The position numbers and the translations under genes were made by a program. 64,000 nt of DNA, taken from the NCBI GenBank assembly GCA_044892525.1, contig CM097886.1:74214001-74278000 (forward strand), in the 5' to 3' direction. Source of the stretch: Schmidtea polychroa (taxonomy: Eukaryota). Each line of letters opens with the position of its first letter. Within the stretch, counting starts at the first letter, position 1. Below, in pieces: positions 50,592 to 64,000 of the stretch. The notes under the pieces are model-generated. The model searched no databases and was not told the DNA's origin. It saw only the letters and a program-made list of their open reading frames with translations.

Positions 50592-53500
50592 AATAATTGA
50601 TTTTTTATTGAAAACTATTATTATTATTCAGTATTACTTTCGATGAAAAAGAGGCATTTGATGCATGGAGTGATTGTTTCGTCATAATTTTTATGTAATT
50701 ACTTTTCACTTGGATTATTTTTTGGGGTCGGGGCCCATTTGTGTCCCATTGTGCAATAATCTGGTAGAGATGAGAATTGTATTCATTGTTACTGTTGATC
50801 AAGTGTGGCATGTGCAATTTGTATCTATCAGTCAATTGTATGATCCAATTATCTCAAGCTCGATATTCTCTATAATAGAATATTGATTATAATTTATATT
50901 ATACTATTTTGATATTATTATTATTATTATTATTATTTAATAATAATTATTATTATAAATATTCGAATGTGTTAGGCAGATTTACACATGTGCTAAATAT
51001 AAATTAATTTATTTGTTTTATTGTATTGTTCTTGTAACGTAATATTGAACATAAATATATTTTTATTATTGATTTATTTATATTTGATAAATTATTATTG
51101 ATTTATTTGTATTAATAAATTATTATTATTATCGATTTATTTAATTTAATCAACTATTATTTTATTTGATTTTTACCAGCTGTATTTACGAGGATTTAAT
51201 TTGTTGAAAATCAATAATTTTGTTGACAATATAAAATTGGAAATTTTGTTTTTTATTATAAATATTATGCTTATTATATGTTATTTTCTATTGATTTGTG
51301 ATTATTAAATAAATTTATTGAATGTTTTTATATTGATTTCGTTTGGGAAAATCCGTAGAAAATCAAATAGAAATTTTGATTTTATAATTTTATGGTGCAA
51401 TTTGTCGAGTTGGCTTACATAATGAATGGAAATCTTTGTTATATTGATCGTGAAATTTGTGAAATATTGGAATAATTAGGCAATAAAATGAAATTTTATT
51501 CAAAATCTAAAAATTAAACAATACCGCTGGAGTGAAGAAAATCGACTCAAAAATTCTGTTTAATAATGATATTAAATCAACCTTTAGGTTCATTAGTGAA
51601 ATTTCCAATTTCTTTCCTTTTATTATCCTATAATTCCATTTGATTATGTATTATATGCTAATCGCAATGAGTTACAAATTAATATTAGAATGAGTATTTA
51701 GTATAATTTTTATCGAAATTGGTTTATGTGAGGCCTGAGAAGACGGGTCGGAATTATTTGGTGGATTTTTTTGAATTATATATAAATTACAGCGATATTA
51801 GTTAAAATCTGGACATAAATTGTATTTGTTTCAGTCATTAAATTATACAACATTGTTTTGGAATGTCAACTTTATTTGTAAAGTTATTTTCAAGTGGTGT
51901 TTCTCTTCATCGTCAGTGTGATTCAGCTTTTCATGGTAAGAAGATGCATATCATTATTTATTTCATTTAAACTGGTATTGCAGTTGGTGCTTTCCATCAG
52001 AGGACTAGCCTTTATTGGGAGGATGAAAATAATGAAAATAATCCTAAAAATTCTCAACCGTGTTCTTCGTATTTTCTATTATAATTGTTGGGGGTGCCGG
52101 TGAAGTGTGCAATTAACAATTATTTAATCTTACTCCAAAGCGTTTCTTGATTAACAACAATAAAGAATTCCCAGACAATATTATTGGGTAGCACAGCATA
52201 AATTTGAATGTGCAGAGAAATTGAAACGTGCAAATAGAAAATATTCCTAAACTTACTAAAAGATTATCGACACTATTTAAAAGTTTCACTAATTTCACCA
52301 AAATTGTAAATCCTAAGCCTCCTAGAATTCCAAAAGTCAATTCTTTGGTTAGAAATTCATGGAAAGGTGTATGATCTGAAAATATAATAAATTCTTGTAA
52401 TGCAGCCGGACTTTTCCTGATATTAGTGAATGGCATATAGCATAGCTTGATGTGTATGCAACAATATTTAATGAAAAATTTTTACAAAGGAAATTGTGAT
52501 CTAGAAATTGAAACAACTGATACTTCTGAATTTGAAATAAATGACGAATAAATTTTGTAAGAGACTTGTGTTGTTCTATGCAATATTTTAATTTAAAATT
52601 CATCAAATTCAAATAGTGTCTCTTTTTAATGAGAACCTGCCATTTAAAAAATTTATGGTGTCACTATTTAATAGTGTCCGGAACACTATTTGGCGTCATT
52701 TGTTAAAATGTTGAAAGAACTAAAATTTCAGGTATTTCCGGGGAAACGGATATGTATGGCGAATACAGATGCGAATTCAGATATAATTATATAAAATTAA
52801 TGGTAGTCCTAGAAAAAGATATTCAAAATATAGAAATAAATTATAATTAACTAAATTATTAGTAATTAGGAGAATCTGAGCTGTAAACAAAAGAATAATG
52901 AGATAAGTCTTCCCTCCCAAATCAATAATGATGATTAATTTCGAATTAGCGAAACGAGATTTTTGAGCAAATCTGAGACATCGCCTGCTTAATTGTTTTG
53001 TTTTGAACAAATTTTGGTCGCTGGCTAATTAAATTAGTTGATTACAAAGATCGCTGGAGGAAAACCAGTATAAAATGAAACGACACTGGTAGTCAAGTGG
53101 TAATTTGGTCGTTAAAAACGAAGGGTATAGAATTAAACAAAAGAGATCATAGAGTAAGGGATATAAGGTCTTGTCAAATCAAATTTATGATAAGAAAAAT
53201 TACATTTAAAATCTAATATAAAGGCGGTCTCCTATTAAGTTACCTACCTTATTAAAAAGTGCAGATCAAATAAAAGTGTAATTGACAATATTGTATCAAA
53301 ATTTGTAAACGTTTAATAAATTATTCTGTTTTGGATCTTAATTTAATAATTAAAAAAATGCTCTAGGCGTCAAAGTTAGTACTGACTTTAAGCATAGTAT
53401 CCGAGAATAAACTTTTATTGATCAACACAATTGATTGCCAATTTACAGCTACACCAATAATTCAATATTACAACAATGACTTGAGTGCTTATTGTAACCC

Positions 53501-53814
53501 TTGGAGAAAGATGACAAATTATCTCAAGTACCTAACTATCAGTGATAACACAGGAGCTTTACATATTATTCAGAGACAGGAATGTAAAAAATGAATTGTC
53601 ACAAGTGTCAGACAAGTGCGGACGATAAAAACCAAAAGTCTTCTTAATGGAAAAATAAATTAATGGTCGAGAGAAAAATTAAAAGATAGTAGAGAAATAA
53701 TTCGAAATTAGAAATTAGAGAAATTAAAAGTGAGGAATTAGAAATTGGAAATAAGAGAAAATATTGGAACTAAACGTTGCGATAAAAATTGAGTTCAATA
53801 AGAAAGGTTTAAAG

Positions 53815-55975
53815 CAGTGGTGCCCAAAGTGTCGCACTCGATAGCCCTTTTATTGGCACTCTTTAAACTTCCATATTTGTTAAGGTTTTCGAAACAATTA
53901 CCCTAACCTTGAAATCAATAATGATTGTTTATTATTAATTTACAATCGAAAGAGATTAAAAGAACAAAAAGATTAAATATATGTAAAAAATTAATATGGA
54001 ATTTTTATCTTTAATACTAAAATGATGTTATATAATATATTTTTATTTACTATTGATGTTGATACTATTGTGTTTAAATACTATTGATATTATTTACTAT
54101 TGATTTACTATTCATGTTTTTAGTAATGTTTTGTTTTATTATGTTTTGTATGTTTTGTTTCAGCCATTTTAAAAAATATATAAAAGGCAAGCAAATTTTT
54201 AACAAAGGTAGGGAGTTTTCTTATTGATTTCATTTTTTTATTTATAATCATTTCAACAAAATAAATAGTTATCTCAAAGAAGCACCGAGTGAAAAATATC
54301 AGTCGTTTTTTCAAAGTAACTGGGAAAAGATTATTTCTTTATCGAGATTGAAAATAAACCAATTTGCTTAATTTGTCTAAGTTCTGTTTCTTGTATGAAA
54401 AAGTGGAACCTCGAAAGACATTTTTACAATGCCATAAAAAATTATTCTAAACTTTCTCATGAACTTAAAGAAATTAAACTTCAAAAATTAAAGACACAAT
54501 ATTTTCAAAGTCAAATTTAATGAAATCACTTTTAAAATAAAATTCAATTGCGACACAGATGAGTTTTCATACAAATATGCTATTGAAAAATTTCAAGAAT
54601 TATAGCGATGGAAAAATTTATTAAACAAATTCTTGAAAAATATTTTTAAACCTATTCACCGGAAAAATTGAATGAGATTAAATCAATTCCTCTCTCAAGG
54701 AATACAATTACTCGCAGAGCTGAATGCATTGCTACCGAAATTGATAAAAATTAAAAAAAGTAGATTAAAAAAGTAGAAAAGTACAAATACTTTACCATTT
54801 GCCTTGCAACAGACATAATAAATTTGGCTCAATTGTTATTTTATTAGAGGTATTGATGAATCAATGAATATCGATTAGCATTTTTATGTCTAGACACATT
54901 AACTGAAAATACAAAAGGGGAAAATATTTTTAATTAATTCTTGGAAATTATAAATATTTAAAAATTTGATTTGAAAAAATTAGCTGCCATTGTAACCGAT
55001 AAAGCACCAGCTATGATAGGAAGGCATTCATAATTCTTTGCATTACTCAAATCACCTTTAAATTCACTAAATATATCAAATGTAAAGTTTTCCGCTATAT
55101 TATTCATCAACAAAATCTTTACATAAAAAATATTGGCTTACAATTTACAATGAAAATAATCATCCAATACTTTTAAAAATAACTCACAACCTAATCGGAA
55201 ATTTAAATTATTTTTAAATGAAACTGATGCTGAATATTTTGATGTTCTTTATTTTTCCGAAGTTTGACAGCTTAGTCGGGGAAAATGCATTGAAAGATTT
55301 TTTAATATTTATCAAGAAATTTGTGATTTTTTTGTATTTAATAATCAAATTGTTGAGGAAATAATTTCTATCGAATTAAAGCAAATTTTAGCTTTCCTAA
55401 TTGATATTACTGAGTACATGAATGAATTAAATCTAAAATTACAAGGAAATAAATCAAACCATTATCGATTTTATATTTTTCTATCACTATATTTCTTCAA
55501 AAGATTTATTTATTCAAAAATCAATTTGAAAATAATATTTTCTTTCTTTTTAAACGATTTAATGAAGTCTCCAATAATAACCAGAATGATAAAGAAAGAT
55601 TCATTATTGAAATGGATGAACTTATTGCTCAGTTCGAAAAAAAAGATTGACTGATTTTGATAATGAAAGAATTTTATTCAATATAATTGCAATTCCATTT
55701 TCAACTGATATTCATACTTCTCCAGTTGAGTTTTAAATAGAATTGTATGATATTCAAAGCGATAGTAGATTAAAATCAGCTTTATTTGTCAACGGAAATA
55801 ATTCCTAAAATCTGGAAATTAGAAATGAAAATCTTCTCTTTATTTGGGAGTACTTATTCTTGCGAGCAATCATTTTAAGCTTTGAAGATAATTAAAAATA
55901 AACACAGTAATCGATTACTATATTCAAATTTAAATATTCAACTTAAAATAGCGATGATCCAATTGATTGTGAAAA
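53815..55975 (+). mobile_element. Decayed Buster/GTF2IRD2-like hAT, 3' TIR not found
   Basis: GTTTAAAG|CAGTGGTGCCCAAAG left end; IPLSRNTITRRAE, NLAQLLFFIRG, IVTDKAPAMIG, IIHQQNL, LSRGKCIERF, YMNELNLKLQG, FGSTYSCEQSF in broken frames. Confidence 0.88.
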
Positions 55976-56095
55976 ATTAAGCAATGAATGATTTTAATAA
56001 AAAATTTTAACCGCATTCTTTTGACTTTATATAAACATTCATTTTTTAATTTGGTGAGTTATAAAATACTAATAACACCTATATATGCCGTATAA

Positions 56096-58498
56096 TTAGC
56101 TTGTGGGCCTAACGGTATTTAAATAATTATGTACGATGCTTAAATGTTTCCCTTTGATGCCTTCACTTTCAAAATACTTTACTTCCGCGCGAATTAAATT
56201 TATTAAATCCTTCTTGGGTTTTTTTTGTGGTAGTTGAGATGTTTGTTGTGTGTATCGTTCCAGAATTCTTTTGTGAAGCCTTTCTTGCAGAGAACTAGGT
56301 TCTACTGGTTGCTGTTCCATTTCCATTTCGTCATCAGCAATTAATTCCGTATCTGAATCTGAAATTGTGTCCAATATTTCTTCGCTAACACATAAACGTT
56401 CTAACAGGTTAACAATTTGGGATATTAAAGAATTTTTTGAGAGTTGGTCAAAAATTCCATAATCCTCGCTATTTAAATTCCGGACATTAGGTATATGAAG
56501 AAAGCGAAAAAGGTCCACATATACAAACCGCCGCTCATAGATGCGTCTCGATAATGGATTTTTAAGATCATTACTGAGTGAGAAATTTTGCTTTGAAAGT
56601 TTCTCAAACATAAATTCTAAAGCTATATCAGCCTTATATAAATCGGTGTTCGCACAGCATAAACTCTCAACTGTTATTTTTATTGGAGTTAGAGCAGATA
56701 TTATATTTGAAATTATTTTGAATTCATTGGATGAGAAATTAATCTCTTTTCTCCCATCTATTAAGGCTTTTTGAACGCAGCTCTTTAATTTATAGAATCG
56801 TTCTAACATTAAAAGTAGACTATTCCACCTAGTGGGGCAATCTAATATTAGCATTAATTCTCTCCCGAATTCGTCTTTAACATGCTTCTGTAGGTGACCG
56901 TCGAAAAATTTTCACAACTTTTCTAATTTTATCAACTATTGGTTTGATATCTAGGATTAGCGGTGGAACAATTTGGACTGTGTGATTACTAGTTGTTTCT
57001 ATTCGTAAACCTAATTCCAATTCCTGTTCTTCATTATCACTCATTGGAATTTCATTAAACTCGTCATCATCAACATCATCGTCTGCTGAATTTTCTACTT
57101 CATTTTCTCGACGGGAATACATAACCTCTATTACGGCTAACTGAATCCCATACACTAAACAAATTTGATGATCTGCTGGTATAATATCACCTACTTTCTT
57201 CATAACAGATGCGCCATCCGTTGTAATCGCAATTATATCAGATTGCAGGGATAAATCAAATATTTGTAGTTTAGAATTGATAATTTCGACACACTTCTCA
57301 GCTGGCATAGTTCCATTTACTCGACTTAGTCCTAAATTCCATGTTCTATTGACTGAGTGAACATTGAGATTCATATATCTCTTATTGCGAACGGATGTCC
57401 ACTCATCAAAACTTAGACTGAATTTTTGGTTCTCATTTTTAATAGCACAAATTCATTTTTGAACTGTTGTCGAATTTTTGTTATTCGAGACGCCACTTTT
57501 GGATTTAGGTATATCTGATATTAAAAATCCTCGAACAATTATTCCTTTCCTCAAGTCAACTGACTTACAAATTGCATTGAAAGTTATTCCATCAAGGGAT
57601 GTGAGGCGAGAAAGAACTACCGGCAGAGAATTATCAACTTTGGTATCAAAATATTGAGATATTGTTCCTCTACCAGAATATGTAGGTTTTCCATCATTGG
57701 GGTTTTTTTTTGGCTGTCAATATCGGTTTCTGGTACTGCACCTTTTTTTGCCAAAAGTATATTATGTAATGTTTTTAGATGCGCGTGCATGCCACTAGTA
57801 CTACCGCCACCACATGTGATTACTTTACCACACTTTGGAAGATTACATTTACCCACATGTTTATTTATTTTGCCACGAAGAAAATAGTGCCACACAGAAT
57901 TTTTATCATAGGCCTTATTGGTTTTTTTGAATTCCTGATCTTGAGTATTCATAGCTGCTGCGGGGATTAAAAATAGTTATAACAACATTAAATTTAACAT
58001 TGATAGTTTGAAAGTCTAAATTAATACTTACCAATATTATCAATCGTTACTAGATTTATTACTATTACTACACACACCTTTTTTAAACAGATTTTGAAAT
58101 GAAAGTTTATTGAAATTATTGGTCTTCTCTTGTTTGATGTAAACAATAAATAGAAATAAATAGCAAAACAAAATCTAATAATATTTTAAAAACACTTTTT
58201 ATTACAAAGCACACTAGATAATTTTTTCTCAAACAGATTTTGAATTTCCGTTGGTCTTCTCATTCTGTTCCATTTCGTTCCGTTTCTTATTGAGCAAACG
58301 AGATTTATAAATAGCACAAAGCAAATGCAAAATTGTATAAATTATGAATTGTCCTAATACATAATACTTCTAAATAATATAATATTTCATTACCGAAATT
58401 GTCGGTAATTAGTCTTCGGTAAATCGGTATTTCGGTAATGAGTAATGTTCGGTAATACCGGTTTTTCGGTAACGGTAAAACCGATAATGGACTCCCTA
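56096..58498 (-). mobile_element. hAT (BED-finger, Ac/Hermes-like) element, 3'-truncated
   Basis: 5' end TAGGGAGTCC with a TACCG subterminal array (58389-58485); 5' intron ~57958-58031; BED finger VWHYF..CNLPKC..GSTSGMHAHLKTLH; SFDEWTS, TTDGASVM, DCPTRWNS; ends at RPTS* before the ERAFS motif; frameshifted. Confidence 0.92.
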
Positions 58499-58725
58499 TT
58501 TGCAACCTCTGTTAATCTGTTAGATGGTTTTTGTAAAATATTTTGACTTCATCGTTGAAAAACTCTCCTATATAGGGTGGAAGGTATTTAAACACAATAT
58601 TATTTGCATTTAAATACATTTGAACGTTATTAGAGTGGTGAGTCTTAAGACTATCAGACTATAAGAACCTGATCTGTTGAATTTCGAAAATAAGGAACAA
58701 TCTTTTCACGTTTAAATTCAATAAA
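58499..58725. repeat. 227-bp dispersed repeat, copy 2
   Basis: Matches 16372-16598; abuts the hAT terminus at 58498. Confidence 0.95.
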
Positions 58726-58860
58726 AGCAAGTATGGAGTGGACATTTTCAATGGAATGGTTAGGAAATGGTTAGGAAGACGACGATGGACCATGTATGTA
58801 TTTTACAATTTCCTGGATATATGTGGTTTGAACTCCTGGATTATTTATAAATGAAAAAGA
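58726..58860 (+). pseudogene. piggyBac transposase fragment
   Basis: KYGVDIFNGMVRK...RRWTMYVFYNFLDICGLNSWIIYK. Confidence 0.7.
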
Positions 58861-59397
58861 TTAAGGCAGAAAAAATAACTATCATTGAAATTATTTTATA
58901 GCTCAAGTCCGATCATATGAATATCAAATGGTATAAGGTACCCAGTATTTAACTAATTGCTTAGTTAATAACAGCTAGTGCAACAATATTGTGGAGCCAA
59001 AGTAGCCACATTTATTGTTGTATTAAAATAATCAGCATTCAATGCTCATTAATTGTACATAGAAGGGAATACATTTTTAACTACAATAAAATTAATACTT
59101 TCTTCTCTGTTGCCAATACTTTTGTTGAGATTTACTTTCCCTAAAGTTTCTATCGAATCTTCATTCAAAAATCTTCCGTATGATCTTATATATTGATATC
59201 ACCTATTTCTTTTATTATTAAATTATATATTACATTATCTCTTGGTCAATCTTTACCATTTTCTCTGATTTCTTTGAGTGATAAATGTTTTCACAATAAT
59301 CTCCACTTATTTACTAGTATATCATTAATAATTTTCAAAGCCATTTTCTCATAATTTCTTTTAGGACAACAATTATTATTTATCACTTTTTTATAAC

Positions 59398-61366
59398 CAG
59401 GGACTGAAACCGAACTCGAACCTGAACCCATTTAGGTTCAGGTTCGTTGTTTTTTTAACCATGAACCTGAACACTGTTGAACCCAGAAACTCATGCAGGT
59501 TCAGGTTCATAAATTTAAAATATTTAAAAAATTTATTCTGTGAAACATCCTGAATTATATAAGGAAGCTCAGAATCAGCCGTCAACATAAAAAAATCAGT
59601 CAGATCTCCAATAAAAGAGCCAGAGCAGAAGAAAATACACTTGAACAGTATTTGAATGTAATCCAGATCAAAATGTGCAAAATGAAGTTTCATTGATTCA
59701 TGCGTAAAGTTAGTAACCGTTAATGGCCGCCATTTCACAATTTTTGAGGATTCTGGCATGAAAGAAATAATTGATCCGATTATGAATGCACTAAAAATAT
59801 CAGCTAATAGCCCTAATGTAGTTGTTCTTGTTAACGACAAAGCAATGGAAATAAGAAATAAAATTAAATTGGAAATATCAAAAAAAAATAATTTCAATCA
59901 AAATTGATTCAGCTTCTCGCCTTGGATGATGTATTGTTGGAATAAATACTCAATATATTTTTGACGGAAAAATAAAGCTACGAACTTTGGACATGCATGA
60001 GGCCCAAGATCGCCAAACAGGAATCTACATAAAAAATCTTATCATCAGTGTTCTTGATTCTTATGACATCAAATTGCAGCAAGTTTATTCAATTACGTCA
60101 GATAATGGGAAAAATATGATTAAAGTTGCTGAATAATTAAAAGACGATTATGAAAACTTTGAAACGGAAGATGAATTTAACATAGCTGAAGAAAATTCTT
60201 TAACTAATATTGAACAAGAAGGAGCAGAAACATAAGCAAAATCGTACCCAAATATTATTCATTTCAGGTGTGTTGCTCGTAGTGTACAGTTGGCAGTGCT
60301 CGATAATATATCTAGTCCTGCTTTTTAGAAAATACTAGATGAATGCAGAACTATTTGCAAAAAATTACGAAAACCAAATATTTCTTCTTTAGCTAAGAAG
60401 CTAAACATGAAAAAGCCATACTAGACTGTCCAATTAGGTGGAATTCGACGTATGAGATGATAAAAGTCCTATTGGAATACAGAAGTTTTTATTCAGATTT
60501 AATGAATGTTGAATTAACTACGAATGATAGTATTTGGAATATTTGTGAAGTTTTTGCACCTGTTAAAAAATTAACAATTAAACTACAAGAAGAACAGATG
60601 AATTTAGGTGATTTTTATGGAATCTGGCTGAGTTTTAAATTAGAGCTGACAAAAAATGACCAAACAGAAACATTATCCAAAGAATTATATTTGAATATCA
60701 TTAAAAGAGAAAAAAACTTTATTAATAATCCACTTTTGATTGTAGCAGTACATCTAGATATCAGATTTAGATTAATGCTAAGTCCTGAAGACATTTCCAA
60801 TGGTAAGAGGCAACTTTTAAAATCAATAAAAAATTTTAAAATTTAAAAATAGAGAGAGAAGATAATTTTATAAGAACAGAAAATTCTAGTTCTTCTTCAG
60901 AAGAAGAGGATATTCTTGAACAAGTTTTAAAGAAGAAAGAAAAGTTTTTTCAAATTAATTCAGAAAATATAAATTCCACATTTTCCATTGATAGTTCAAT
61001 CAAAATTGAGATAGAAATATACGAAAATTATCCAAGGCTGGCAAAAGAAAAAAGTATTTTAGAATTTTGGGAGCAACATAAAATACAAACACCTTTACTA
61101 TATCAGGTGGCCCAAATAATATTTGCAGTCCCTGTTACGAAAATTAGCGTAGAGAGGGCTTTTTCAGCTTTAAAATGTATACTATCACCACAACGAGCAA
61201 ATCTAAGAGAAGAAAACTTAAAAAATATTTTAACTGTTAAATTAAATGAAAATTTTTGAAAAATAAATAAAATATTGTGCTTTTTTCTAAATTTTGAACC
61301 CGAACTTTTTATTTTGATTAACCCAAACCTGAACCTGAACCCAATTTTTCCGGGTTTCAGTCTCTG
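59398..61366 (+). mobile_element. hAT element with both TIRs, pseudogenised and 5'-internally deleted transposase
   Basis: TIR CAGGGACTGAAACC / rc CAGAGACTGAAACC; GAACCYGAA subterminal repeats; CVKLVTVNGR, ITSDNGKNM, DCPIRWNSTYEM, FWEQHK, ISVERAFSALK in broken frames; flanking 8-mers differ. Confidence 0.9.
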
Positions 61367-62433
61367 AGTAAATGAGTAAATTAGTTGAAAAATCAATAAA
61401 AACACCAAATTCACAATAATAATTAAAAGTATAAAAATATTAATTAAAAATCAAAAAATTAAAAATGAATATTTTCCAGGGGAGACTGGTATGGACGGAT
61501 GCCGAACATAAGACGAGTTCAAATATAATAAAATAAGAAGGAAATTATTACAAAAAACTAAAATTAATTAAAAATTATTAGCTAGTAGAAAACCCGAGCT
61601 AATGGGAAAACCGAGCAGTGTCAGAGGACCCGAATGGTCAATCAAATTAGCTAGAGGCAATAAAATCAGCCGACTAATAATTAAATCAAAAATGACGAGC
61701 AAATTCCTAAAACTAAATAGATCGATAAGAGAAAGTCCAAGAAAAAAGGATCCAAATCAATATGATTAGAGAATAATAAAATTACGAGATGGGTTTAAAA
61801 GCTACCGGCAAGTAAACAGAATCACCTGTAGATCGAAGATAGAAAATTTGTAGAATAGCGAAAGAAAACAGAGGCGAATTTAACTTAGTGATATCTAAAT
61901 ATTTTCGAATCTAGCCTACCAGAAAGGGACATCTCCCGTTGGAAGATAGAATTGAAAAGTGTGAAGAGCAAAAGAGTTGTTTAAAGTGTTATTGTTTCAT
62001 TAAAGGGTGTAATCGAAAAAGTGTAAGTGTGATAACCTTGAATAAATATTATTGTGTTGGGTTGTTCGATTTGATTAACAAAAAGACACTAAGGAATCAT
62101 ACAGTGACACCGACTTGTACAAAATACCCAACACTATTATCAAATCTCATTAAATTATTTTTGAACTTACAGTTAAAAAATTTCATCTTAATTTCATCAT
62201 CATTCAAATATTTATTTCCAATTACATCTTCATTCTGACTGCATTATTTGTTTACTTTAACTGCACTAAAATTATTTTTGTGATTTATTAAATTATTTAA
62301 ATTTCCATTTTTAAAATTATTTAAATTATATGAATTTTTAAAATACTTATAAGGCCTTTTTTCTTTTTGAATTTCTCCAGTATTGATTTCGTAGATGACC
62401 TCTTCTACGGCAGCCTCTGCATGAAATTGAGAG

Positions 62434-62475
62434 GCATTATCCTCTCAAATGGCCTATTTCATTGCAAACTGAGCA
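62434..62475 (-). pseudogene. CCHC zinc knuckle of a retroelement ORF1/gag relic
   Basis: CSVCNEIGHLRG*C (CX2CX4HX4C) within a broken minus-strand frame (~62330-62900). Confidence 0.5.
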
Positions 62476-64000
62476 TCATTTTCATTTCTTCATTTAACAC
62501 AGTGGTTTTCAGACTGTGTTCCGCAAAATCCTTTAAAAAGTTAACTGGGTATCCATAAATAAATTTGTTTCGCATAAGGGTTCCACGAGCTTTTGAAATT
62601 TGAAGACAATTGGTCTAACATATTTAATTATGACAACAAATTATTTAATTGATAATTGCGAACACGATTCAATGTAACAGATATTAGAATCGCCTGCTGT
62701 AAAATTGCATAATCAACAGTTGTAAAACGCTCATCTGTTTTGCTTCAGCTAATTCATAAATTTTATCAACAATTGATTTCTGTGATGTGAGGAGTAAATA
62801 AACCAGTTTCGTGCATCTTCCAATCAGTCAGCCATTCAATACTTTTAAAATCATCATTACAGAAAATATTTCCATAAAAAATAATAAATTAATTGATTTA
62901 CATAGAAATAGAAAAGAAAATAATTTTCCAGAATTTATAATTATTGAAAGTTCAAATTTAAATAATTCTAAACAATAACTGATCAGAATATCAAATCTCG
63001 TTTCGAAACTCATTCTGCCATCTTGCACTTTAGAAACTTGTTAAATTTTGATATGTTTCAATTTGAATCAATTTGAATAAATTTAAATGAACTTTAAATA
63101 AAACAGATTCCGAAATGAGCCCGCCTGCCATGAAAAATGCGCATTGAAATATGTTAACATATTTTTAGAACTGAGTCGACAAGTTATTTACCTTCACGTA
63201 TGACATTTGTAAAATAAAATTCTACCGTAATCATTTTCATAGTCGTTAACTCAAGTACCTTGACACAATGAGGTGATAATCAAAGATATTGTGCACATTC
63301 TGCGAACGATCAAACTTCGTGCAGCCCCTCAGCAAAACTAACCAACTTTACTCGTGATTAGTTCTAAAACTGTGTTGAGTTTCCCATAAATATTAATATA
63401 TTAAATTTAACATCGCTTGAAGCAGTAACTTATTATGNNNNNNNNNNNNNNNNNNNNNNNNNNNNNNNNNNNNNNNNNNNNNNNNNNNNNNNNNNNNNNN
63501 NNNNNNNNNNNNNNNNNNNNNNNNNNNNNNNNNNNNNNNNNNNNNNNNNNNNNNNNNNNNNNNNNNNNNNNNNNNNNNNNNNNNNNNCATTAAAAACCTT
63601 TAATTTTATTGAATCCAGAGCCTTTTCAAACAACGAGTAAACTATTCTTGATTTTTTTTAAATTTACTCCTGATTACTGTAAAGTATTTCATTCCTATTT
63701 CATCCAATTTGTACAGAACATACATAAAAGATATCACCTTCCTAATTCCGAAAAATGCATTTCAAAATAATAGAACTCATGTTACATTTTCTTGATAGTT
63801 AAAATGTACACAGTTAAATTCAAAAATCCTACCAGTACACTTATGTTGAGAAGAAGTCTTTAACGTTCGTGAGCTATGGTGCAGAGAGAAAACCATCGCT
63901 GAAAAAATATCAGTTAACTTATTTCGTCCAAAAGTGTTTTGCATATACTAATATAAGTACGAATAAGATGATGAATATAATATTGATCTATAGTTTAAAT

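Noticed and set aside
50600-51800. Possible convergent minus-strand gene with short exons after PACS
   Set aside because: Some exon-like pieces exist (e.g. DNKGKKLEISL...SLQR), but I could not join them with consistent phases or recognise a protein.
51880-52620. Possible ZMYM1-like hAT relic (RGLAF motif)
   Set aside because: A single short motif; surrounding frames are not assignable.
59391-59897. 168-aa minus-strand ORF and similar ORF-track hits (e.g. 56541-56774, 40476-40850, 17401-17766)
   Set aside because: Antisense shadows of transposases or AT-rich Phe/Ile/Leu low-complexity frames without motifs.
61480-61940. Possible LINE reverse transcriptase remnant (SRLIIKSKMTSKFLKLNRSIRE)
   Set aside because: Only loose resemblance; no diagnostic motif recoverable.

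Overview
Very AT-rich eukaryotic (metazoan-type) genomic DNA with three N gaps; the species cannot be determined from sequence. One host gene is clearly supported: a + strand PACS-family gene (phosphofurin acidic cluster sorting protein). I assembled 15 GT-AG exons by hand from 4294 to the stop at 50531, all phase-consistent and encoding about 830 codons. The N-terminal furin-binding-region exons were not found and probably lie upstream of the window. Introns are bimodal (43-44 nt versus roughly 1-8 kb). The long introns and the 3' flank are filled with decayed transposons: mariner, Tigger/pogo, piggyBac and TTAA MITEs, several hAT lineages, Penelope, a Gypsy LTR/integrase piece and a Helitron. 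The most unusual structure is in the intron at 8263-14448: an apparent internally deleted Helitron (helicase remnant plus canonical 3' hairpin-CTAG end) containing an intronless, damaged copy of the histone chaperone ASF1, with a TTAA MITE and a 2.5-kb piggyBac nested on either side of it. No tRNA, rRNA or CRISPR features are supported. All protein identifications are from recalled motifs, not database searches.
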